Shown in pieces: positions 52,101 to 64,000 of a stretch of DNA of 64,000 bases. Source of the stretch: Azolla caroliniana (lineage: Eukaryota; Plantae; Polypodiophyta); contig JBHGNT010000011.1 in assembly GCA_043228905.1 (NCBI GenBank), positions 22,134,001 through 22,198,000 on the forward strand, written 5' to 3'. Below the pieces are notes generated by a model. It worked only from the letters and a program-made list of their open reading frames with translations. It ran no database searches and had not been told where the DNA came from. A program made the position numbers and the translations under genes. Positions within the stretch are counted from its first letter, which is position 1, and every line of letters begins with the position of its first letter.

Positions 52101-55100
52101 GAGATTACATCTTAAGTGTTATCTCGTCGTTGAGAACAACATATCAAAAAAATAAGCAAATAATACTCCGTAAATATAAAAGTATATAAGATAAAAAGAC
52201 ACGAGGGAATCTGGTTTTCGGCACATGAGAGATTCTCAAGTTAGATATATAGTAGCTTTTGTCTTCAAAAGATCTCTAGCATAGGTCGATCCAGAATGGA
52301 AATGTCTCTGAAGTGAGGGAAGCACCTATGATGGCGGGAGATAATGGCTTTTATCTATCGATGTCAAGGGTGTCGAGGTCGTGGTCCATGGGGGCTGGGC
52401 CTACGTGCATGGCAAATTGCTATTACCCGATCAATTGTAACCCCTTTGATATGTCTTGGTCTGGAGCCCATTTGTGTATCCCGTGATGGACTTGTAGGAT
52501 TAGTAGGAGTGATGGGGCTAAAGAAAGTTGTGATTGTTCTTTGTGGATGAGCTTGTGTGGCTATATTCTTCAACAACTTTTCCCGATGTCTCTTGAGCTA
52601 TAGCAAGAAAAGTTCTAGGCATTGTTGGTCCTCATATTCCATTACCTTGCGCAGTGGGCCAAAGCCTTGTTTAAAGAGGCAATGGTATTTCCATCTGATT
52701 TCATAAAAGGCACTACAATGACAAACATAGTGTTCCTCAGATTCCACTCCTCGATGACACAATTGGCAAATTCTCTCTTCTAGAGGTAGTCGTGTATATC
52801 TGCCTACCTCAATCTGTAGCAGAGAAGAGGATCAACTTTTGGGGTTAATAACTCTTCTGTGAGCATCAATAATGAATGATGTACCAGAGGAATGGCCATT
52901 CCCAACAGTGAAGGAGACAAAAGTTTCTCTGATATGAAAGCTACTATCAAAAAAGTGCTTTGGTCCTGGTCATGAGCCAGAAAGAGATAAACCAATGCTT
53001 TATACATGCTTATTGATACAGGTATAGACATAAACTATGAACAATCAAAAGTAGATACAATCAACTGTCTGCCTAGAAAAGTAGAAAATCCCATGTATCA
53101 AAAGAGCTCACAAGTATGTGTAATCTAAGTGACATAATGGAAGCATAATGACAGTAGGGTGAATATCACCCTGTCCTCTGAATCATTATTTTGTCTAAGA
53201 CCATGGAACTGTTTTAATGGTGATTTCCGATGTATGTCAACACATAGTTTTCATGGCAGAGTTGGTACTTTATCAACATGGAACCATAGATATTAAAATT
53301 TTCAAGATAAATAACGACAAAATAAAATTGAGATATCTGAAATGCATCAGAAGGGAATAAAGAGTTGACCTGCATGTGCAGTTGTTTGAGAGTTGATATT
53401 TTAATTCTGTAAATCATGGTGGTATTCTTGTATGAATGTTACATTGAAATTTTACATGTTTTTTCTCAGGTGATGCCGGATCTTTTTATTACAGTTCGAT
53501 CATGTGATGACAGCTTGAGGGAGTTCATATTTTTGCAGCTTGCATTGCTGGTTTCTATTGTGAAACAGGTACAAAAATATGGACCAATAATAGAAATCTT
53601 ACATGCTGGGTACAAGTTTGCATATATAGATAATTAGTTTCCTTTGGTTGCCCAAATGAATGTAAAATAGATATGTCTAATTTCTCTCTTTTTTATCTTA
53701 ATTTTTACAGCACATTCGGAAATATTTACCTGAAATGCTTTTACTTATCTCTGACTTTTGGTCCACTCTGCTTCTGCCTACACCAAGACGACCTAACAGT
53801 GGATCACCTGTAGTTTGAAACCCCTTGATCATCTAGAAGTTTTATTTATAGTCTTCTCCAATAAATATACAAATGTAATGTTTATATTTGGAGATCTCGT
53901 AGGCATCATGTGCATTTGGTTTTTGCAGATATTAAATCTGTTAGAACAATTATGCAAGGCTCTCAACGATGAGTTTCGGACATATATGCCAAAAATCTTA
54001 CCACGATTCATTCAAGCATTGAGTGATGCTGAAAGGAACTCTGGTTATGCTTGTGTGCCACCTATATTACACACGTTGGAGGTTTTTGGCAGTGAGTCTC
54101 TAGCACTTCTCAAAATTTAAATAGCCAACTTGAATTTTTCCTAACAGTCATGTTTTTTCTCTATGGTCATCATCACTTGGCACTGAAGGTGCTTCCCTCG
54201 TGTTGGAGATATTTTCATATTGAATATTTTCCGAAGGCAGAAATTTCAGTCTATCTAACTTTAGAATCTTAAGTGCTTAAATTTGCACACTATGTTTACT
54301 TATATTATTTTGGCTTTTTGTTCAAAAAGAAGAGACAACTTTTTGAGTAAAAATTGTTTATTTAGTCTTATAAGCCATCTGGCCTCTTTAAAGACATTAA
54401 TATATCTTTATTTATTTATTTCTACGGCAGGCAATTTGGATGAACACATGCATCTGTTACTTCCAGCATTAATTCGTTTATTCAAGCCAGATGCATCTGA
54501 TGCACCTTTAGACATCAGACGTGCAACCATCAGGGCACTTATCCAACTGATTCCGGTGGTACAAGTATGTAAATGCTCTTCTGGAAATAGGTTGTTTGAT
54601 GTTAATGATTCAATATGAATGAATAAACACTATGTATTTGTGATTCAAGGAGAATTTCTCTGTTAAATTTTACCATTCGGTAGTTTTTCATGAATAAATT
54701 ACCAAGGTCAACCCAAGAGGACTGGCTTTTTGTTCTGGATGATACACTTTGAAATTCACAGACAAGCACAGATGATTTAGCTGTCTGTTAGTTTTTCATG
54801 AATAAATTACCAAGGTCATCTCAATAGGACCTGCTTTTTGTTCTGGATGATACACTTTGAAATTCACAGATAAGCACAGATGTTTTAGCTGTCTGTTGTT
54901 AATGACTAGAGAATCAAGATTCTGTAAAATTAGAAGTGCAGCTCTAATCCTAAACTTTCTGTCTGTGAAAGGATCCATCTGCATAGAAATGAACTGGGTT
55001 AGTATCGACGAAGAAGTAATGTAACCCCAAACAAGGGCAGTGTACACATTGATGAAACTTGACTTCAGATTATTTCAATGGATTCAATGAATTATACATG

Positions 55101-58100
55101 TTTTCTTTAATATGCAATGACAGTAAAAGACATGAATTAATAATAAACAAACACTTATTTTTTTGAATTGTTATACAATTTGAACTATTTTTCATATGCA
55201 TGACATCAATATTTTTCTGTCACATATATGCTTATTTATTGCCTTCGTGCTCTTTTCTGGTAGGTGTCTGGACATGTTTCTGCAGTGATGCATTCCCTGA
55301 AACAGGTCTTGGATGGGTAAGGTTGCTTAGAATTTTGTTGCACCTTCATACCGCTGAATTTTTATTATTCTGGAACATGATTGTAATATAGATACCGGTA
55401 GCCTGTCCATTCTGACATGTAATTTATCAATGCTTGCTGCAGTAGTTTTGATGAGCTGCGTAAGGATGCAATGGATGCCATCTGTGCTGTTGCTGTGGCT
55501 TTGGGTGCTGATTTTGTGTACTTCCAACCGTCTGTTCGCAAGATATTGCAACGCCACAGACTACAGGTAATAGTGTCTCCTGGATGTTGGAATATAATGT
55601 GAAAGTGTGCATTATTTGAATATTTTCTGGTGGCTGTACAGCATGCACAGTTTGATGCAATTGAAGGAAGATTAAGAAGACAAGAACCTTTGTTCTTTGA
55701 CGTGAAGGGAAGTCCAGCTATAAATGCAAGTCTTACAAATGGAGATTCAACTATGGCTGCAAACACCGGAAGTTATGGATTTGATTTTGATGATAGATAT
55801 GATGATGGAATAGACCCTTCAAGTCAAACAAAGAATTTTAAGGTTGGGGATGACGTTTGAATTCACTAAATGTTTCAGACAATAGGTTATATATTTGGTT
55901 GTGTTCAGGTCAATGATGGCCGAATTCGAGCGGCTTGGGAGGCATCTCAGAGAAGCACTAAAGAGGACTGGGCTGAGTGGATGCGGCACTTCAGTGTGCA
56001 GCTCCTTAAGGAGTCTCCTTCACCTGCTCTGCGGACTTGTGCACGCTTAGCCCAGCTTCAGGTTGGTGTCCTTTGAGCAAGACAGTTTTACAAGCTCTGC
56101 AATTTCCATAAATGTTTTTGTCTCTTTTAGCCTTTTGTGGGAAGGGAGCTATTTGCTGCGGGGTTTGTAAGTTGCTGGGCTCATTTAAATGATGCTTATC
56201 AACAGCAACTAGTTCGGAGTCTTGAAATGGCATTTTCGTCTCCAAATATTCCTCCTGAGATCCTTGGGACACTCTTGAATCTGGTAGGTTTGGCGTTATT
56301 CTCCTCAAGAAAGGCATGTGATTGGTGGTGGCTGGTGGTGATACTTGTGTTTTATCCAGGCAGAGTTTATGGAACATGATGAAAAACCATTGCCGATTGA
56401 TATCCGCCTCTTGGGTGCTCTGGCAGAGAAGGTACACTATTTTCAGCTAATTTGATATTCAGATTTCTTACTGTTTCTCTCATGCTTTTGTATTATGATT
56501 GTGCAGTGCCATGCATATGCTAAGGCCTTGCATTACAAGGAAATGGAATTTGAGGGAGCACAATCCAAAAAGATGGATGCAAACCCTGTTTCTGTTGTTG
56601 AAGCATTGATTCACATCAACAACCAGCTTCATCAACATGAGGTTTAAATGCTTATGACATTGATCAGGCACCTGAAGCACAATATTGCCTTGTATTTGCC
56701 TTGTGTTTGCGCTGATTAATTGTTGTTACTGTAGGCTGCAGTTGGTATCTTAACATATGCGCAACAACATCTCTCGGTTGAGCTCAAAGAATCATGGTAA
56801 ATGAATAAGTTATGTATGAATATTAAAACTAAAATAGTGAGCACTAGGGTGATGAAATTAGACTACGTTTTTCTCATCGCCAATTTAGGTCAACTAATGG
56901 GCACAAATGCAATATTTTCATTTTGGTGTGATGCTTGGTTGGAGAAGGCCACATCACAGTTGACTCCAAGTAGTATCCACCCAGATGACACTGCAGATTT
57001 GATAGGAGAGCATATAATGCACCTGAATCTTTGGAAGACAATGAATATGTTGGGAAATGAATGTTTAAGGGACTGTAGCTCTAAGGTATTGCTATCCCTG
57101 AATAATGCAAGTAGTTTTGACCTCTTTGTTAAAAAAGTCATCAAACTCCTTGGTGTAGAAAACATGTCATCTACCCTACTGGTACATGCTAATGGTTCAA
57201 TCTGGACTATGGTAGGAAATTCCTCCATTATCAAAACTTAGTTTTTATAATTATCATTTTGTATTCCCACAATATTCCTAACTCTAATGTTAAGTACCTG
57301 TTGTCCTTTTTATTTTCATCATCTCGACTCAAACGTTTCGCTGTCAGTTAACCATTCTCAGAAGAGGAGATATGTATACTATACACACAATTAATACTCT
57401 TAATGAGCAAGCTCTTTAGCTGCTTAGGATACATATATCCAAATCTGTGAGTACGTGGACAGATATGTTTTTTCATTAGAACCATATCAGGAAAGCCTAT
57501 GAAGTGAGATTTGATATTGCACTTCCCTCTTTTGTGAATTTCTTGCAAAGCTATTTTTCATTATTTCTGTGTTAGAGGTGTGATGTGCTTTAAATACATC
57601 TGTGTCTCGTTGGGCATGATGTGCGAAGAAAGAAAGAAAGCTTTAGTAACATCTTGTAAGAAATAACATGAAAGAAAGATGAAAGAAGGAAATAATGTAA
57701 TTTGTTTGAATTTATTAGAAGCCCAGACTGGCATGGATCAATCTTGTACAAGTAAGTCTATGTGTCCGAGTTGCTCTTGATACATTAGGTGAGGATAAAA
57801 ATAGTTTCCTAAAATTAGGCATATTTGAAGAGTATGAAAATCAGAAGTTTTGGTGGGGGGTGGGAAGGAGCTGTAAGGCTAGAGAATTATATGCATCTTT
57901 ATGTGTCATTATACGAGAACAAAATTCTTACCTAATCTGCCCACCTGAGGATGTATCGCGTGGGTGGATGGGTGAATGTGGTTTGAAGATTTTGCAATGC
58001 TCTTCAGATTTAATGGATGTGTGCTAACTGGTTCTCCATGTAATGTCACGTCCGGATCTCCCTGTTCCGGACTAAGAAGAAAGAAAGCTATATCAATGTG

Positions 58101-61100
58101 TTTTAAGGGGCCAAAATAGTCAATAAGACCTAATAAGAGATTATGTCTCACATTGTTTTCTCATCTTTAAGCATAGGGTACTGAAGAATCCAGATATCTA
58201 AGAATTTAAGATTCTAGACTTTGTAGACCGAAACTTCTCTTCAAAATATCTCCATCCATGTTCTTCATAATCCAATTTAATGATATGATCAGATCATTCT
58301 ATTATTTTCCACTTTAGCCATGTTCAGATGTGGACGATCCATGCTATATTGGAATGGGAATAGTGTGTTAATAGTTATGCCATGGGACTGGAACTGTACT
58401 TGCATTTTAGCTTACCAACAATGAACGCTCCATTTCTAGGTAGCCCTTTTGATGACAAGTGCTAGTCTTGAGTACCTACGGGTCACTGATCAGAATAATG
58501 CATTGGTCACAATTGGACTGCTTGTATCTCTGCCCATATTATATAATGGGTACCTATGCTTTGCTCCTTATCATCCGACCAATTATCGAGACTAGATGTC
58601 TCGCCAAATCTGTCCAGTTATGTGTCCTCTCCAAGGTTCTATTCCTTAGTGAAGAGTTACACCTGAAATTAATTTTACTCCAATATCAGTTCAATGAAAC
58701 TATAGCATCAAGGATGGATATGTTCTTCAAAGAAGGAACGTTCCACATGTTTTAAATGATAATGTTCTTTATTTCAAGATACCTGGAGCTTTTCTGCACT
58801 CAACATAATGTGATTGCCTGGTAAATGCTTTATGGTTGGCGAAATAGAATCGGAGAGTCTCGCCCTTGCATGCATGATAAGGTGCTTCTGCATGGAGGGT
58901 GATGCCCTTGAAGAAGTCTGAAGTGTCCTTTCCTGTGATGGTGCGGCAACAGTTCTAATGTTTAGAAATTTCTACCAAGTCTCTTGATCTAGTCTTACAT
59001 TTGATTGACAAATGTTTGATTTTTCATGCAACATTGCCTGAAAATTTGCTTTTTAAGTGTTACTAACTGGATATCGTCTTGTGTGTTTCACCAAATATTT
59101 GCAGACTGGAAATTAATAATTTTTTTCTTGTTTATATAGGTATGAAAAGCTGCAAAGATGGGAGGAGGCTTACCAAGCATATTCTGCAAAATGTTCTCAA
59201 ACATCTAATGTCCATCCTGCTTTGGAACCAACTCTAGGTCTGGTTGACGCCAAAGTTAATGATTGTTAGCTTCCAGCATTTATTGTTAAGCTTAAGGGGT
59301 TGTAGACTGAAAGTGAGAATAATGATTAACCTCCACTGTTGTTGTAACTGTGCATTTCTGTTTCTGTATGATAAAATAATCGAGGACACAGTAAAAGATG
59401 AAGAGATAAGGAGGTTGTAAGAAACTCATTGGAGGTTCAGGTTATGTTAGGAACAATGGCATGATAGAGTTTTCTTTGTATGGCATGAAAGGCACACTTA
59501 TGTAGTCCAGTGCATAGACCCGTCGATGGTCAATTGTCTCCTTGGACACGATATGGCTACACAAGTACACTAGATAGATTCACAAACTTATAATGAGGGG
59601 GATATGTAGTTTGACAATATCTCAATATTATTCTTCTCCTGATTGATTTGTTCTACTAATTGATGTGTATTGAAATATAGGAAAGATGAGATGTCTGGCA
59701 TCATTGGCTCGATGGGATGAGCTCAATCTTCTTTGCAAAGATTATTGGGCTCGTGCTGAACCTGTTGCTCGTTTGGAGATGGCTCCTATGGTTAGAATTG
59801 TCATTCTTTATATCATTATTATTATTATTTTGCAACCCCAACAAGGTTTAACAAATAAAAAATCTGCAGGCTGCAAATGCAGCATGGAACATGGGTGATT
59901 GGGAGATGATGGGAGAGTATGTTTCTCGTCTTGATGATGGTGATGAATGGAAGCTACGTAATTTAGGGAGCTCTACAAATAATGCAGAGGGAAGTAGTGA
60001 TGGACCCTTCTTCAAGGCAGTTTTATGCATCAGGCATTGTAAGGTTGGCATTCTTCTAAAAAGAACTTCTGCATTTTCCATAATTGAATTTTCATATCAC
60101 AGTGTTATCTAGCGTGGCACACATTTTGATTGGCCAGTATGATGAAGCTCGAAGCTATATAGAGCGTGCTCGAAAGTGTGTTGCCACGGACCTATCAGCT
60201 TTGGTAAAAGTTTCTTTGACATCAGCACACATTTTTGTTTACATGTTAATCTATTGAACTGAAGTGTTGTCCCAAATGTTATGCCAGTGAATATTTCTGT
60301 TGCAAACTTTATTAATTGATTTTATACTGATTTTATAGATCTGTCAATCCTAGGTTCATCTGTTTGTAGTTGATGATATTTTAGTTAGCATACAGCATAA
60401 AGCAGTATCATCGTTGTGTTTGGTGTATACTTTTGATCATTATGAATTATTTAAAGCAATTGGTGTTTGTCCTAACATTTTTGTGGTTACAGCATGTCAT
60501 GCAACCTGATCTATAAACTTGCTCATTGTTCTGTTTTAGAGGGTAGGTAGTCGTGGAAGATTACAGTATGAAAATACCTGGATTTTGGTTAGAGGAAAGT
60601 AGTTGTTGGTTACAGGATAAGCCAAATATACATTTACTCTATATGAGTCAGCTTCATCGAACCCATCACTGTACACCTAGTTGCAGTTTGGATATATTGC
60701 ATTCTTAAGAGACATAATATCGTAGAAAGATTATCTTTTGTACAGTTGCTCGTATTACTTTCTGACAAATTGGAAGAGTTGCAGCCGTCACATTGATAAG
60801 CTGTGAAACTCATTCCACCTCTGATATCTATAAATTTTTCTTATGATTGATTTGATGTGCCCAAAATATTATCAGCACAAACCAAGATTATTCAGGTTTG
60901 GAGGAAATATCTACCAGGACTATGTTGATTTCACATTATTCACGCTTCCAAGGTCAATGGTTTGCTTGTATTTCAATTTCTGGGCGAATATAATGTGGAT
61001 TTTCCTCATTAATATTAGGTGCAAGCCTGCTTTGTGCATCTATTTCTCATAGCATATGTGCTATTCTATTAGTGATTTTAATATTGAGGTACTACAATTA

Positions 61101-64000
61101 CTTGTGCTTGTATTGGATGGGGCGATTATCTCTAGTTGATTCTAATATAGTCAATTCCAAGTGGAAATGCTTCTGTTGTATCTTTTTATTTCTTGTATAT
61201 TTTCTATAATGTTTATGTTTGCAGGTGTTAGAGAGCTATGACCGTGCTTATAACAACATGGTGCGTGTGCAACAGCTCTCGGAACTTGAGGAGGTGAGAA
61301 ACTGAACAGTCTATATGATATTTGAGAGTTTTAAAATTGATTGTATACTATTATGCATGAATGTTTGAAAAACATTTTGCTAGTTGCAAAACACTATGGT
61401 CATAGTTCAAATGATCTATATTAATTATCCAAGACCAGACTACAATATTTACAGTTATAAATTTTAATTTTTTGCTCTGCCCCAACTCCCTTCCCCTCAA
61501 ATGTATGCTTAATCTGTGCATTATTATCTGCTGAATCTCTGTGGAATGTTTGGGAAATCTTGGTGTTAATGCCTACAGTATCTCTTGTTAATCTTTGGTG
61601 ATTCTCTACTTAAGCCCTGCATATGCAGCCCTTATGCCCTTGAAAGACAACCACAAACTAAAATTGTGGCTATTAGATACACGTGTCACACCAACACTTC
61701 CCTATGGAGTAGAAACCTGGGGACAGAGTCTTAACAAGGCAAATAATTGAAAAGATTGAGAGAGACCTTTAGTCTCAATGATTGCCCGCATGATAAGGAC
61801 CAAGCATTGGTGCCCCATGATATAATCTGGGGAGAGATGGGAGCAGCCCCAATAATCATCACGGCATTATTCTAATAATTAACCAGTATCTAACGACTTT
61901 AGGAGCTCGCTAAATAAAGGTACTCAAAGTTGGCGCTTATGTCATCAAAACTACTTGCTTAACTTGGAGATATTCTTTGTTGGTATACTAAAACTCAACA
62001 ATGGTTCATATCACGTGTCATAAACATAAATGCGTTACCCCCAGTCCAAAATAGGATGGGCCCATATAAACATGACGAAACTGGAAAAGAAGATTAAGTT
62101 AGAAAACAAAATAACATGTAACACCACCCAACATCTTTTGCTAGGAAGATAGTCCACTATAAGACACCTTTTACAAACATTGGAGGATGGATTCCATCAT
62201 TAGGACCTCTTATAGGGCAGATGCGAGCTTCTTCACATCAGTTAGAGATTGTGGTTAGGCAGATAAGCTTAAGATTAGACCAAAATAACAAAATAAGACA
62301 AAACACTTTCGAGCCCATTAGCTGATGGTCAATAGCAAATTGTTGTGCACGTAGCCCCCAAGTTTGTGGACCGTGATCCCTCCCGCCCATGTCATCGGCA
62401 GGTCAAGGCCATCATTACTTCCCTTGCTTCGTAGATCTTTGCATTTTGGATATACCAGAGATATTTGATGACAAAAATTACAATCTTTGTATCTTTATTT
62501 GCTTTTTGTTTGTTCTGAAAGGAAGACAGATTATGATATAATATCTTGTCTGGTCTTATAGGGCATTTTGGCCTGCTGAAAGACGTTATTGTGTAAACGC
62601 GTGTGCGTGTGCCTACTTGAGTGGGATCATGGGGAACCTGAACCAGGGAGGATGTGATCCCATGTGAGAAGACCCTTAAAATCCCTTCGTGGGTCACCTC
62701 GTACAGTTTTCCCCTTTATGTAAATTAGCATTGTCGAGAATAAAGGCTTGCTTTAGTCGAGGGTGGTCCAAACTCAGGCTTTGAGGTTAGCTCAGGCTTG
62801 AAGGCTCACTGTAGTTGAGGTTAGCTCAGATTCAAATGCTTGCTGGAGTCAAACATTTGTTGGACTCGAAGACTCATCAGAGTCGAACATTCATTGGACA
62901 CAATGTGTCCTTAACGACTTGGCTGTTTGCCTTTTATTATTATATAAATGCTTTCTTTCACATATATTCACTTTATGTGGCTGTATCTCTTTCCCCCTTT
63001 CCCCTGTTTCTACCTTTGGACCTGCCACATTACGACAAGGTTAATCTGTCGCTCTCTCATGCTACAAGTCAATCACTCCTCAAACACGCTTCTGTTAGCT
63101 CTATCGCGCCTACTCATTCTACAAGTCAATCAATGCCTGTGCAAATGGGCTTCTGAGTAGAACACTAGATCCGCCAATACCAATTTTTGTGCATAGGCTG
63201 TCTTGTGGACCACTATCTTGCCACTCCTGTCATCGACAGATGAAAGCCATTATCTGCTGCCATAGCAGGTGCTTTTTTCGTTTTGGAGATGTCTCCATTT
63301 TTCAACTTTTGAGGAAAAAAATACAATCTATCCGATTTGAGAATCTTGATTCGCTTTTATTTTTCTTTACATTTATTTGGTTTTGGTGTCTTGTAACTTT
63401 TATTTTAAGTTGTAAAATCTTGGTGGTCTTATAGGCTAGTTTGGCTCCTTAAAAGGTGGTAATATATCCTTCTTTTTCTTCTCTAATCAATAATTCAGTA
63501 TTAAAATTTATTTCCATTCCTTGCTGATGTGACAGGTTATTGATTATTCTGTGATTATGCGATCTCCTGGTCATGGAAATGAGGGACGTGCCTCTTTGAT
63601 TCGTAAAATGTGGCATGATCGCATACGTGGCACAAAAAGGAATGTGGAGGTAAAGAACAAGTGATTGTTTAGATGCTCTTTTAATTGCTTTTGAAATTGG
63701 GTTAAAATCTTCTGGAACTATTGTTACTGATACATGTTTTTCATATCAGGTATGGCATCCGCTGCTGGCAGTCCGAGCTCTTGTTCTGCCCCCTGAAGAA
63801 GATGTTGAAACGTGGCTGAAATTTGTTTCTCTTTGCCGAAAGAGTGGTCGTATTGATCAGTCTCGAGTCACATTGGACCTTTTGTTGGTATTTTGCTATT
63901 GTCTATTGTCTATTGTCTTAACCAAATGGTTGTAACTTCTTCTAACTGCAGTTCTTTTCAGGAGCATGATGATTCATCATCCCCAACTACCTATGCACAC
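40110..64000 (+). CDS. TOR: Target of rapamycin Ser/Thr kinase, 5' part (HEAT repeats into the FAT domain), ~39 exons; gene continues beyond the window. First exons 40110-40205, 40948-41286, 44668-44742, 44833-45005; last seen 63536-63649, 63750-63887, 63962-end
   Basis: GT-AG exon chain giving [155 protein letters not shown]. Confidence 0.97.
40186..40870 (+). repeat. Degenerate ~60-bp tandem array (~12 units) derived from the TOR exon-1/intron-1 junction
   Basis: A core resembling CTAAAGGAAATCCCAAG|GTATGCAA recurs with donor-equivalent positions at ~40206, 40276, 40328, 40392, 40437, 40500, 40566, 40630, 40674, 40738, 40800, 40860. Confidence 0.75.
41560..43880 (+). mobile_element. Three 5'-truncated, decayed copies of an RTE/RTEX-like LINE in TOR intron 2 (~41560-41855, ~41950-42660, ~42690-43880)
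   Basis: [19 protein letters not shown]...EH remnant; shared 3' end ...GGCC(ATTTT)GGCCTCTTAAAAGA..TTAATATATC(TTTC)n. Confidence 0.75.
50372..50650 (+). repeat. ~140-bp tandem duplication of the end of TOR exon 19 and its donor site
   Basis: CCATATCTTTCGAAG|GTGAGTAAAATGGTTCAGAAAC... is repeated as CCATATCTTTCGAAT|GTGAGTAAAATGGTTCAGAAAC... (50512-50650). Confidence 0.9.
50878..52815 (-). mobile_element. Two head-to-tail RTE/RTEX-like LINE 3' fragments (~50878-52037 and ~52038-52815) in TOR intron 19
   Basis: [31 protein letters not shown] in both copies; both end in the same hairpin and (TTTC)n tail. Confidence 0.85.
54170..54420 (+). mobile_element. 3'-UTR fragment of the same LINE family
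   Basis: GGTGCTTCCCTC...GTCTTATAAGCCATCTGGCCTCTTTAAAGACATTAATATATC. Confidence 0.65.
54684..54898. repeat. ~108-bp tandem duplication in TOR intron 23
   Basis: TTTTTCATGAATAAATTACCAAGGTCA...GCTTTTTGTTCTGGATGATACACTTTGAAATTCACAGA.AAGCACAGATG.TTTAGCTGTCTGTT occurs twice. Confidence 0.9.
58078..58800 (-). mobile_element. Decayed copy of the same RTE/RTEX-like LINE in TOR intron 31
   Basis: Terminal hairpin/tail at ~58080-58160; GGTCACTGATCAGAATAATGC is shared with the copy at ~51985. Confidence 0.65.
61600..63485 (+). mobile_element. Two further decayed copies of the same LINE (~61600-62590 with the YGVETWG RT C-terminal motif; ~63050-63485) in TOR intron 36
   Basis: TATGGAGTAGAAACCTGGGGA encodes YGVETWG; RASSHQLEI; terminal hairpins at ~62550-62585 and ~63425-63470. 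Confidence 0.7.

Noticed and set aside
56801-57241. 146-aa ORF in TOR intron 31
   Set aside because: Only an FWCDAW motif reminiscent of L1 ORF2; probably a LINE relic, with too little support to call.

Overview
Eukaryotic land-plant nuclear DNA. It is intron-rich, AT-rich and microsatellite-rich. A non-seed plant such as a fern is my inference from the transposon types, not something proven by the sequence. There are six host genes: an intronless QALGGH C2H2 zinc-finger/EAR repressor (+, 2636-4231), plastid ribosomal protein L1 (-, 7 exons), thylakoid-lumen FKBP13-type PPIase (-, 5 exons), an intronless EXORDIUM/PHI-1 gene (+), a c-Myc-binding protein/AMY-1 homologue (-), and the 5' ~39 exons of TOR kinase (+, runs off the window). 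Between FKBP13 and EXORDIUM lies a decayed L1 LINE with a 17-bp TSD. A very young Ty3/gypsy chromovirus (19620-25315, 5-bp TSD, near-identical LTRs) is nested inside it and is the most interesting object. It has no tRNA primer-binding site but a 12-nt PBS complementary to its own predicted 5' transcript end (Tf1-type self-priming). It also carries a perfect heat-shock element next to its TATA box, a tRNA-like A-box/B-box module ending exactly at the LTR terminus, and a G-UUA-AAC slippery site plus pseudoknot at the gag/pol junction. TOR intron 1 appears to be built from ~12 decaying tandem copies of its own exon-1/donor junction. TOR introns hold about nine fragments of one RTE/RTEX-like LINE family in both orientations. 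All exon coordinates were read by eye.
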